Shown here one piece after another: positions 1-8,218 of a DNA stretch of 55,577 nt. This DNA comes from a virus (Duplodnaviria > Caudoviricetes). Where the stretch lies: positions 1 to 55,577 of IMG/VR virus record IMGVR_UViG_3300030110_005976; one strand, given 5' to 3'. The stretch's first letter is position 1. Each line of letters begins with the position of its first letter. The translations under genes were made by a program, and so were the position numbers. The notes beneath the pieces were generated by a model. That model saw only the letters and a list, made by a program, of their open reading frames with translations. It did no database searches and had not been told where the DNA came from.

Positions 1-555
1 CAATCCAGTGGCCTGCCGACCATTGATACCAATTTGAAAGTTGTGATGAACTCTGGCATCCCGACCATCGACACCAATTTGAAAGTTGTGATGAACTCTG
101 GCATCCCGACCATCGACACCAACCTGAATGCCGTTATGCAGTCTGGGCTTGGCCTCGATAGTAATATCACAATCGTCAGCGGTGCAGCAGAAGCCCTAAC
201 AGCTTCAGGCTTAACTGGTCCTACCATGGTTTCTGGAAGCCCTAATTTAGTACAATCATTTGATTTGTCTAAAGGTAACTTCCACACCGTTGTAATGACA
301 GGGAATATGACCGGCATAATAGCACACAATCCAACAGCTAAACAAGCTTTTGCAATTAGGTTTGTACAGGACAATACTGGCTCAAGAACAATGACTAACT
401 GGTTTACGAATGGAGCTGGAGTTATTCATACTACTAAGTTTGCGGGAGGAAGTGCGTTTACGCTAACAACAACTGCAAATAAATCAGATACGTTTGGTTT
501 TATTTGTGATACATCCGGAACATATGAGGCGTTTATAGTAGGACAGAATGTATAA
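1..555 (+). CDS. Virion structural/tail fibre-like protein, C-terminal part (5'-truncated by window edge)
   Basis: Frame 1 is open from base 1 (QSSGLPTIDTN...), so the TTG at 34 is probably not the real start. It has 15-aa repeats, then a beta-rich C-terminal domain (FDLSKGNFHTV...IRFVQDNTGSRT...ANKSDTFGF) of the kind seen at the ends of phage fibres. Confidence 0.6.
   Translation, partial: QSSGLPTIDTNLKVVMNSGIPTIDTNLKVVMNSGIPTIDTNLNAVMQSGLGLDSNITIVSGAAEALTASGLTGPTMVSGSPNLVQSFDLSKGNFHTVVMTGNMTGIIAHNPTAKQAFAIRFVQDNTGSRTMTNWFTNGAGVIHTTKFAGGSAFTLTTTANKSDTFGFICDTSGTYEAFIVGQNV
31..120 (+). repeat. 45-bp perfect tandem repeat x2 with degenerate flanking copies, encoding NLKVVMNSGIPTIDT
   Basis: 31-75 and 76-120 are identical (aatttgaaagttgtgatgaactctggcatcccgaccatcgacacc); diverged copies at 1-30 and 121-150. 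Confidence 0.95.
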
Positions 556-1365
556 ATGGACATGTTAATTCATATAGGCGATAGCCCCGATCCGCTGTGG
601 TATAAAGATGGAGATGTTATCGGCTGCTATCCTTTTTTAGGTACTCTTTTACAAAAGGGGCAGAATATCTGCTTACCTAAAAAGTTTGATTATAATTCAG
701 CCGGATTGAGGGATTTTGGAACTCTACTAGAAAAGTACGAGCAAAAGGTACACAAATATAAATATGAAAGAGTTAATTCAAATGAAGTATTAAGAACCAA
801 CCTATTAACTGAAGAGCAGGAAACAATCTCCTCAATTGATCTATATAGTTTTATAACTAAAATGATAGCTATTCCAAACCACACTATTTTTGGTAATGAA
901 CAAGGGAAAGAAGTTTGGTATATGAAAAAGTTGCCTTTGCTTGGAGATTCTGCTAAAATAAATTCCATATGGGATGATATAGAGCAGCACACAGGTAATC
1001 TTAGACAAGATAATATGAGAAAAGAATTTACACCAACAGAAAAACAAACAATGTTGGCATTGGACTGCACAGGTTTTTTGAATAATGTCTATACAGAAAT
1101 TTCTAAACATACAGCCTCTGGTAGATCTTCTCCTATTGCAACTAGGATAGATGAGAATGACGAAACTATGCAGACCACACTAATAGCAAAAAGACAGTGG
1201 AAGATACCATATAAAGACATGGATTCTGAGTTAGGAATTGATATTGACGATGTCTTAGACCTTAACAAGATTGTAGATCCTAGACAGGATATCCAACAAG
1301 CCGAAAAGAATAAGCTTGACGATATTATGTTTGACAAAGTAGATCTTGGGGAGTATACATTGTAA
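556..1365 (+). CDS. Hypothetical protein (269 aa), structural module
   Basis: ATG directly follows the previous TAA, and its stop overlaps the next ATG (TAATG). No recognised motif. Confidence 0.75.
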   Translation: MDMLIHIGDSPDPLWYKDGDVIGCYPFLGTLLQKGQNICLPKKFDYNSAGLRDFGTLLEKYEQKVHKYKYERVNSNEVLRTNLLTEEQETISSIDLYSFITKMIAIPNHTIFGNEQGKEVWYMKKLPLLGDSAKINSIWDDIEQHTGNLRQDNMRKEFTPTEKQTMLALDCTGFLNNVYTEISKHTASGRSSPIATRIDENDETMQTTLIAKRQWKIPYKDMDSELGIDIDDVLDLNKIVDPRQDIQQAEKNKLDDIMFDKVDLGEYTL

Positions 1366-2756
1366 TGGCAGACGTATATGCTAGTATAGGAAGTAGATCT
1401 AATATAGCTATTGCAGATGGAGATTCTAAACTTCCATCTAGTGCTACTGGTGCTGGAAACTTTTCTAGCCCATGGACTATGACTTACAGTTCTTCACCCG
1501 GAGATGTAGGTGTTGGAGATAAGCTTGCTATAACTGATTCTGCGAATTACAGTGGGACAACCTTTTATTATTTTGTTAAATCTGTATCTGGTAACACCGT
1601 AGAAGTTGTATGGATGTATGAAGACTCTGGAGCTCATGGAGCACAAAAGCCGACAGATCTAGAAGTCACTGACGACTATGGGGATACAGAACTAGCGGGG
1701 CACACATACAGCAGGACTTATAGCACTGTTGTAGCTTGGGAGACCGGCCTTAATAATAGTAACTTCTACTCAGCCAATGATGATTTAACTGGCTGGATGC
1801 ATTCCGATAGTGACTTTACAGAAGAAAATGTTATTTTTAATTATACTTCAACTACTTATGATAGTATAAGACTTACAGTAAATGAAGATGATAGACAGCA
1901 TGGAATAGAGGGTCAAACAGGCAAGGTTGTTAATAAACCCAATGCAGATCCCGGAAATAGTGACAAGTCTATATATGATATAAGTATAAGTAACTTCACT
2001 ATTGAGTGGATAGAAATTGATATGTCCAGCTCTACAAGTACGGGGATTTGTGTTCAGACCGGAACAAGTAATACTCAGACAAAGATTAATGCAGTCATCC
2101 AACATATGTTAATTCACTCTTGGGGAACTAACCAAACGCCAGACCCTCTACACGGAATACTACTTAGAGGAGGAAGTGGAGGGTATCATCACATTTTCAA
2201 TTGTATATTATATGATTTTCAAGAAAGTGATGACCATGTAACAGCATTCAATATGAACCAAAGTAGAGCTACGGTTAAATGCTATAATAATACTTCTTAC
2301 GATATGACAGTAACAGGCAATACAGGCAAATATGCGACTGGTTATTTTTGGGGAACCAATGGCACGATCAATATAAAAAATTGCATTGCTATAGACTCTG
2401 AAAATACCGCTGGAGGAGGCACACCATCGACTAGTACAGATTTTCGCAGAAGTGGGGGATCAACCGATTGCGACTTTTGTTTATCTAGTGACTCAACAGC
2501 AGATACGCTTGGAACGAATGCACAAACTAGCAAAACGGCAGCGAATACTTTTGAAACTCCGGGAAGTGATATGCGTATAAAAAGCACATCCGACGCTGCT
2601 GGCAATGGTACTGACTTAGGGACAGAGGCAAATATAGACATAAGCGAGTTCGATAGAAACGGAGTAGATGTGAGTTGGGATATTGGTGCTTATCAAGTAA
2701 CAAGAAGCGCCTCTTCCGTCACTGCTGGAGCTACGTTTCTTTTACTTTTGAATTAA
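1365..2756 (+). CDS. Parallel beta-helix (pectin-lyase-like) virion protein, candidate tailspike/receptor-binding protein
   Basis: Ser/Thr/Asn/Gly-rich with beta-helix-type rungs (IFNCILYD, CYNNTSYD, IKNCIA) and a C-terminal DMRIKSTS...GTDLG...WDIGAYQ signature typical of beta-helix proteins. Confidence 0.6.
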   Translation: MADVYASIGSRSNIAIADGDSKLPSSATGAGNFSSPWTMTYSSSPGDVGVGDKLAITDSANYSGTTFYYFVKSVSGNTVEVVWMYEDSGAHGAQKPTDLEVTDDYGDTELAGHTYSRTYSTVVAWETGLNNSNFYSANDDLTGWMHSDSDFTEENVIFNYTSTTYDSIRLTVNEDDRQHGIEGQTGKVVNKPNADPGNSDKSIYDISISNFTIEWIEIDMSSSTSTGICVQTGTSNTQTKINAVIQHMLIHSWGTNQTPDPLHGILLRGGSGGYHHIFNCILYDFQESDDHVTAFNMNQSRATVKCYNNTSYDMTVTGNTGKYATGYFWGTNGTINIKNCIAIDSENTAGGGTPSTSTDFRRSGGSTDCDFCLSSDSTADTLGTNAQTSKTAANTFETPGSDMRIKSTSDAAGNGTDLGTEANIDISEFDRNGVDVSWDIGAYQVTRSASSVTAGATFLLLLN

Positions 2757-2775
2757 CTAGGAGTATAAACCTTAG

Positions 2776-3150
2776 ATGTTTTCATCATCTCCCTTCTCAG
2801 TAGTACCGTTCTCAGAACTTGGAATTTCCAGTATAAAAGCTGCCAGTGTATTAGATGCATTGGCTATAGTCGAAGCTTCGGCAAGTTTGGAAATTGGAGT
2901 TGCATCTTCTATAGACGCTGTTGCGGTACTAGAAGCTGACGGAACACTTACTTTAGGTGGAGCAAATGCCCAGCTTACTGCTGTTGCTGACATACTAGCA
3001 AATGCTACTATTGATACAACAGAAATAAAATTATTTATATGGACAATTCCGGGAAGAGAGACAACATGGACTCTTCCTAAAGATGTAGGGGTATATACGT
3101 GGGTTATACCTCAAGGTGTAGGGGCATCTACATGGATTATACCTAACTAA
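2776..3150 (+). CDS. Small structural protein (124 aa)
   Basis: GGAG Shine-Dalgarno-like site upstream; N-terminal MFSSSPFSxxPFS motif seen in phage virion proteins; C-terminal WxIP repeats. Confidence 0.6.
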   Translation: MFSSSPFSVVPFSELGISSIKAASVLDALAIVEASASLEIGVASSIDAVAVLEADGTLTLGGANAQLTAVADILANATIDTTEIKLFIWTIPGRETTWTLPKDVGVYTWVIPQGVGASTWIIPN

Positions 3151-3172
3151 TTGGTGTAGTCTATAATATAAG
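3149..3172 (+). promoter_or_regulatory. Candidate phage late promoter (AATTGGTGTA...CTATAAT)
   Basis: Intergenic; shares AAWTGGTGTA with 6489-6498 upstream of the tail tube gene; contains TATAAT. Confidence 0.35.
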
Positions 3173-3192
3173 CAATATTACAAGGTGAAAAC

Positions 3193-3519
3193 ATGGGAAT
3201 TTTATCAAATCAAAGACTCGTTAAGCAACCAAGCGAAAAAAGAAAATTCGCTATGGAGTTTAACAACTTGCTTGATACCAGTGAAACCGTTGATTCAATA
3301 ACAAGTGTTTCTGCTGTCAAGATAGATGGTTCAACTTCAGATCTTACACTAAGTTCATCTGCCATTGAAACTTCTACTGTAAGCAGTAAAAATAGTCTTG
3401 TTACATTTTGGATAGACGGTGGAACAACAGGAAATACTTATAGATTAGAAGTTCTTGTTGAAACAAGCGCCAGTGCTAAACTAGGCGGTGACGGCATTCT
3501 TTATGTAACGGATAGATAA
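3193..3519 (+). CDS. Fibre-tail adaptor-like protein (108 aa)
   Basis: KQPSEKRKFAMEF...VTFWIDGGTTGNTYRLEVLVET matches the K-x-P-x-E...W-x-x-GG-x-x-G-x-x-Y pattern of small phage adaptor proteins. Confidence 0.6.
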   Translation: MGILSNQRLVKQPSEKRKFAMEFNNLLDTSETVDSITSVSAVKIDGSTSDLTLSSSAIETSTVSSKNSLVTFWIDGGTTGNTYRLEVLVETSASAKLGGDGILYVTDR

Positions 3520-3520
3520 T

Positions 3521-4084
3521 ATGAGCTGGCAAAATACAAGTTTATTAATGTTACGCACCATGCTGAATGATGCTGGTGTTAGCGATACTAGATATAGCAC
3601 TCAGAGGTTGGAAGAGCTTCTTATTACTAGTGCATATTTTCTTCCATTAGAAATAAATTTTGATACTGACTATACAGTTAATGTGGCTGCATATACCATA
3701 AGTCCTGATCCGGGAGCTACTTCTCCTCCGGCAGACTCCGATGAGTTCATATCATTTATGGTACTAAAAGCTGCCTGCATTGCTGACGAAGGTAACTTTA
3801 GAACTGCGGCCTTATTGCAAGGTGTAAATGCCAGAATAGGCCCAGCTCATTTAAATACATCTACTTATGGGGCTCACTTAGCAACACTATTGACTCAAGG
3901 ACCATGTAAGTCTTTTGAAGATCTAAAAGAGCAATATAACTTTAGTTACGAAGGAAGAAAGATAATAAGGGCTGTAATGTCACCCTTTGCATCAAACAAA
4001 TTCGATCCTCGGACTATGCTTGGTTCTATGGGAGAAGCGGATACACAAAATACACACCGAAATCGTGGCGGTTTTGGTTATTAA
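3521..4084 (+). CDS. Putative head-tail connector/adaptor protein
   Basis: N-terminal LRTMLND...YSxxRL pattern like head-tail connectors; located ahead of neck and tail genes. Confidence 0.5.
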   Translation: MSWQNTSLLMLRTMLNDAGVSDTRYSTQRLEELLITSAYFLPLEINFDTDYTVNVAAYTISPDPGATSPPADSDEFISFMVLKAACIADEGNFRTAALLQGVNARIGPAHLNTSTYGAHLATLLTQGPCKSFEDLKEQYNFSYEGRKIIRAVMSPFASNKFDPRTMLGSMGEADTQNTHRNRGGFGY

Positions 4085-4101
4085 TTTAGAAAGGCAATAA
4101 A

Positions 4102-4323
4102 ATGGCACTAATGATTTTTCAGCCTAAAGGCGCGGCTTCAGAACATAAAGAAGGAACTATATTAGTTCAATCTACTGTTGCTGCAGGTACTGATGCTTAT
4201 GGAGCTAACTATAGTATTGATACTTATGTTTCTAATCTTCCTCCTACTGGAGAGATTAATCATAACTTTAAGAACAACAATACTGGTTGTGCCCCTTGCA
4301 CCGCTAGCTGTGGACCTTGCTAA
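4102..4323 (+). CDS. Small protein with Cys-rich C-terminus (GCAPCTASCGPC)
   Basis: AAGG upstream; fills the gap between neighbouring genes. Confidence 0.6.
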   Translation: MALMIFQPKGAASEHKEGTILVQSTVAAGTDAYGANYSIDTYVSNLPPTGEINHNFKNNNTGCAPCTASCGPC

Positions 4324-4325
4324 GA

Positions 4326-4856
4326 ATGGCTAAAAACTATTTTGCTGGCATAATAACCAGCGATATGAAAAACCTGTTTAATGATGCTATTGATGCATTA
4401 TTAGAAGACACGGCACTCACTTTACCATGTACCATATATTATGGTATTACTAAATGGGAGGATTGTTCGAACTGTCTTTATGATCCTATTGGCAAAAAAT
4501 CTTCCAATAGATATCAAGATGGCGGTCCTGTTCCTTTCCCTATGGGTGGTGTGTGTCCTGTATGTAATAGTGCAGGTAAGAGACCTGTTATTTCTACCGA
4601 GACTATAAATTTAGGTGTTATATTTAACTATAAAGAGTTTTTACAAATGTCTACTCCTGTAAATAATCCAGATGGACTTATACAGACTATAGGCAAAAAG
4701 GAAGTGACTCCTCAACTAAAAAGAGCAAAAGAAATACAGGTTGCAACAGATATAGCTGCTTATGCAGATCATAGATTTCAAAGAGCCGCTGAGCCTGAGC
4801 CTATAGGTTTTGGCAACAGTGAGTTTGTACTCTGCACTTGGAAGAGAGTTAAATAA
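4326..4856 (+). CDS. Putative head closure/neck protein with two CxxC motifs
   Basis: ATG at 4326 preferred over TTG at 4317; CSNC and CPVC motifs; neck-module position. Confidence 0.5.
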   Translation: MAKNYFAGIITSDMKNLFNDAIDALLEDTALTLPCTIYYGITKWEDCSNCLYDPIGKKSSNRYQDGGPVPFPMGGVCPVCNSAGKRPVISTETINLGVIFNYKEFLQMSTPVNNPDGLIQTIGKKEVTPQLKRAKEIQVATDIAAYADHRFQRAAEPEPIGFGNSEFVLCTWKRVK

Positions 4857-5518
4857 TGGCTAGCGACAGCTTTAAACTTGGAATAAAGCTAGAATCAGGC
4901 TTTGATACTAAGTTTTTAAGAAGTATAAGAAAAGAAATAAGCTCCGCTCTAATTAATGGTGGTACTAGAGCAGCTGAAGTTATAGAAACAAGACTACAAC
5001 AAGCAGTAATAAAAAGAATAACTGGCTCTCCTGAATATGCGGCTATAACACAGTCTGAGTTCAGGGGCGAATTAGGACTGCCAGACGCGGCAGTCAGACT
5101 AGATGCAATCGTTCGTAAATGGGCAGAAGGCATTATGGTTAAGTTTGAAATAGCAAGAGGTTCTTTATTGGGTTTGATAAAAATAGGTATATTAGAAGAA
5201 GGCTATGAAGACGTACTTTCTATGTCTGAAGCTACTTTTAGATATTCAAGTAAAAGAGGACAAAAGAACTTAGAGTGGCTTAGATGGCTACTTTTAGAAG
5301 GTGGAAATATAATAGTTTCTGACTATGAATATAGAGCAGAAAACAAAGAAGGCAGAAGTAGAACTGGTCTTGGTATCATGATAAGAAGAAGAGGTGGTTG
5401 GAAAATACCGCAGCAATTCGCTGGTACTGAAGAAAATAACTTTGCCACAAGAGCGCTCGAAGATATTCAGGGCGACATTGATATAATAGTAAGACAAGAG
5501 TTAACAAAGGTTTTATAA
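4856..5518 (+). CDS. Putative neck/tail completion protein
   Basis: Coupled by TAATG overlap; basic protein with WLRWLLLEG and GTEENNF; position between neck and tail tube. Confidence 0.45.
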   Translation: MASDSFKLGIKLESGFDTKFLRSIRKEISSALINGGTRAAEVIETRLQQAVIKRITGSPEYAAITQSEFRGELGLPDAAVRLDAIVRKWAEGIMVKFEIARGSLLGLIKIGILEEGYEDVLSMSEATFRYSSKRGQKNLEWLRWLLLEGGNIIVSDYEYRAENKEGRSRTGLGIMIRRRGGWKIPQQFAGTEENNFATRALEDIQGDIDIIVRQELTKVL

Positions 5519-6481
5519 ATGGCGTGCGAACCGTATACCAAGTTTAGTAAAGTCTCTAATATTGGAGATACTTTATTAAGCTCTGAAATAGAAAACAATC
5601 TGAAGTGGTTCTTAGATTGGTCTCTACTAGGTATAGGTGGATGGAGCAATGTAACAATTCCTACTCCCGGCACATATGGAGGAACTTTTGATACACTTAG
5701 ATTGGTAAATGACCCTTCCTACACAAACGGTCAAGTCTGGGAGGGTGCGAGAAAAGATTGGGTATGGGAAACTGGTAGTTCTTATGAAGGTTATGATCCC
5801 ATACAAATTTCTGGAGTTTATGTGAACGGAGTTCTTAAAGCCACTGGAGATGCAACATACGGACATCATTATAATTATCCGCTAGGAAGGGTAGTATTTA
5901 ACGATGCTATCTCTACTACAGATACCGTTAAGGTTGAATATAGTTATAGAAATGTTCAAACATATGTTGCAGATGAAGCCCCTTGGTGGGACGAACTTCA
6001 GTACAATTCTTTAAGAGTTGACGACGCATATTACTCTGCGACCGGATCAGGCGCATGGGGGATTCTGGCGAATCATCGTGTTCAAATGCCAGCAATCGTG
6101 CTTGAAGTGGTTCCACGGAGAAGGTTTAAGCCTTACCAGCTTGGTGACTTATCTCAAATTGTTCGACAAGACGTAGTTTTTCATGTTGTGGGTGAAAATA
6201 GATGGTGGAGAAATCAGCTTGTCGATATCCTTTCTTATCAAATAGACAATCAAATATGGTTGTTCAAAACAGATAATTTAATCTCAAATGGGGCCTATCC
6301 TCTCGATTATCGAGGTATGAAGGTTAGTTCCCCTTTGAACTATGACAACGTTGTAAATAACTCACAATATCGCTATTTGTTAGCTAAAATTACTGATATG
6401 TCCATCACTGAGATGGAATCCTATGACGCTCGCTTACACGAGGGAACCGTCAGGGCTACACTTGAAGTTGTTTTAGACTAA
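5519..6481 (+). CDS. Putative tail terminator/completion protein
   Basis: QMPAIVLE...PYQLG...DVVFHV pattern resembling tail terminators; immediately upstream of the tube gene. Confidence 0.5.
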   Translation: MACEPYTKFSKVSNIGDTLLSSEIENNLKWFLDWSLLGIGGWSNVTIPTPGTYGGTFDTLRLVNDPSYTNGQVWEGARKDWVWETGSSYEGYDPIQISGVYVNGVLKATGDATYGHHYNYPLGRVVFNDAISTTDTVKVEYSYRNVQTYVADEAPWWDELQYNSLRVDDAYYSATGSGAWGILANHRVQMPAIVLEVVPRRRFKPYQLGDLSQIVRQDVVFHVVGENRWWRNQLVDILSYQIDNQIWLFKTDNLISNGAYPLDYRGMKVSSPLNYDNVVNNSQYRYLLAKITDMSITEMESYDARLHEGTVRATLEVVLD

Positions 6482-6488
6482 TTTTGTT

Positions 6489-6500
6489 AAATGGTGTATA
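6489..6500 (+). promoter_or_regulatory. Candidate phage late promoter (AAATGGTGTATA)
   Basis: In the AT-rich intergenic region upstream of the tail tube gene; motif shared with 3149-3158. Confidence 0.35.
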
Positions 6501-6547
6501 ACTTTGTGGAAAACAATTAATCCAATTTTTAAATTAGGAGATGTTAA

Positions 6548-7774
6548 ATGGCTAATAATAGAGTCTATTACGCTATTCAACAGGTTTCTTTTGCGCCAAA
6601 CAGTTCTGGAATATCAGGTATAAAGAATGCCGCACATGGTGTGCAGTCTTGTGGTCTTACGACTACCTTTAATCTAGAACAGGTTTTCGAACTTGGGCAA
6701 CTTGCCATTTACGAAAACGTAGAAGGAACCCCTGATATTGAAGTAACAATGAGCAAGCTTTTAGATGGATACATTCCACTATATTGCTTATCTACTGCAG
6801 ATCAGACGAATGGCCCACAGCTCGCTAAGAGATGTGATTCAAATACTAAAACTATTGTTCAATTGGGTATTTGGGACGAAGCTGTAGAATCTGCTGGACA
6901 AACTGTGGACGCTTCTGCGTCTACTGCACAAGCATGGTGCGAAATGTCTGGCCTCTATATTTCTTCGGTTTCCTACAATTTCCCTGTAGACGACAACTTC
7001 TCAGAAGATATCACCCTAGTCGGTAATACTAAGATTTGGGGTTCTGGTCAGAGTACTAGCGCAGCTAGCTGTGCTGCTGCATACTACCCTACTGGAGTAC
7101 ATGGTCAATTTGGTGCCAACAATGATGGCCCAGTTGGTACTGGTGGCGTCAATCGTAGACAGAATATTTTGTTTGCTACGGGAACCGTCGGTTGGCAAAA
7201 CGGCAGCCCAGCTGCGGCAGTCGTAACAGCCGCGCTCGCTGAGGCTAGAAATCCTGACAAGACAATTCTCCCTGAAGATATTCCGGGAATTGCATTGAGT
7301 GGTTCTAAAGACTATGCTCACATTCAGTCTATTACCGCTTCTGTTGATGTTGCTCGTGAAGAACTGTTTGAGCTTGGTGCAAAGATTGCATACGCTCGTC
7401 CAGTAACGTTCCCAATTGAAGTAACATGTGATATCGAAGTTACTGCTTCTAGTGGTGACTTGGTAAATGCTATTGACTCTTGCTCCGGCGCAGCTAGTAG
7501 CTGTGTAGAAGCATCCAACTTAACTGACAGAACTATTCGTATTGCGACTTGCGAAGGAACTAGAGTGTTCCTTGGTAACAAGAATAAGATCTCTTCTGTT
7601 ACTTATGGTGGAGGAGACGCAGGTGGAGGAAATGCGACTGTAACATACAGTTACTCTACCTTCAATGACTTTACTGTCCTTCACTGGGCTGATCAAATCG
7701 CTTCTGGCGGTTCTGTTTCAGGTGTAAACTGGTGGAAATACAGATCAGATTACTTAGAAACTAGAGCTACTTAG
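6548..7774 (+). CDS. Major tail tube protein with internally duplicated tube domain
   Basis: Strong SD (AGGAG); two homologous segments, HGVQS...EQVFELGQ...PDIEVT and AHIQS...EELFELGA...FPIEVT; followed by a terminator, as expected for an abundant protein. Confidence 0.7.
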   Translation: MANNRVYYAIQQVSFAPNSSGISGIKNAAHGVQSCGLTTTFNLEQVFELGQLAIYENVEGTPDIEVTMSKLLDGYIPLYCLSTADQTNGPQLAKRCDSNTKTIVQLGIWDEAVESAGQTVDASASTAQAWCEMSGLYISSVSYNFPVDDNFSEDITLVGNTKIWGSGQSTSAASCAAAYYPTGVHGQFGANNDGPVGTGGVNRRQNILFATGTVGWQNGSPAAAVVTAALAEARNPDKTILPEDIPGIALSGSKDYAHIQSITASVDVAREELFELGAKIAYARPVTFPIEVTCDIEVTASSGDLVNAIDSCSGAASSCVEASNLTDRTIRIATCEGTRVFLGNKNKISSVTYGGGDAGGGNATVTYSYSTFNDFTVLHWADQIASGGSVSGVNWWKYRSDYLETRAT

Positions 7775-7818
7775 AAAGTAGAGATTAGTCTAGTTTACAT
7801 AAATATTACTTTCAAATT

Positions 7819-7851
7819 GAGGGGCTAAGTATACTCTTGGCCTCTCTTTTT
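7819..7851 (+). terminator. Rho-independent terminator
   Basis: Hairpin GAGGGGCTAAG-TATACT-CTTGGCCTCTC followed by TTTTT. Confidence 0.8.
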
Positions 7852-7927
7852 GTCAGTAGTGAAGCGATAGCCTTGACAAGCGATTAGGCGAGTGAATCTA
7901 CTGACTCTTAAAATAAAAGGACTAATA

Positions 7928-8218
7928 GTGGATATTATAGATTATTTAATAAAGATCTTTAGTATTGGATTTATTTCCATAGCAGGTCTTTCTTGGCTTA
8001 TCTTTTTTACTATTAAAACCCTTTCAAAATATACAGACTTCGGAAAAGCTAAAGAGAAGCAAAAGGAAAAGGAAAGCAGAGCTTATGGCTCTAGCGACGA
8101 TGTACCCGTATTTAAAAAGGATGGTCCAAAAGAATTTTTCTACGAAACGCCAAAAATAGAGACATCGTTTGGAGATAAAAGAATAGGGGACGTTTATGAA
8201 CACTCCCCGAAGAATTGA
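7928..8218 (+). CDS. Small single-pass membrane protein
   Basis: GTG at 7928 has an AAAGGA SD; hydrophobic helix IFSIGFISIAGLSWLIFFTI followed by a charged tail; overlaps the start of the actin-like gene. Confidence 0.65.
   Translation: MDIIDYLIKIFSIGFISIAGLSWLIFFTIKTLSKYTDFGKAKEKQKEKESRAYGSSDDVPVFKKDGPKEFFYETPKIETSFGDKRIGDVYEHSPKN

Noticed and set aside
31-120. CRISPR array or DGR template repeat
   Set aside because: The repeats are contiguous, in frame and without spacers; no adenine-specific variant copy and no reverse transcriptase in the window. The same applies to 21700-21796.
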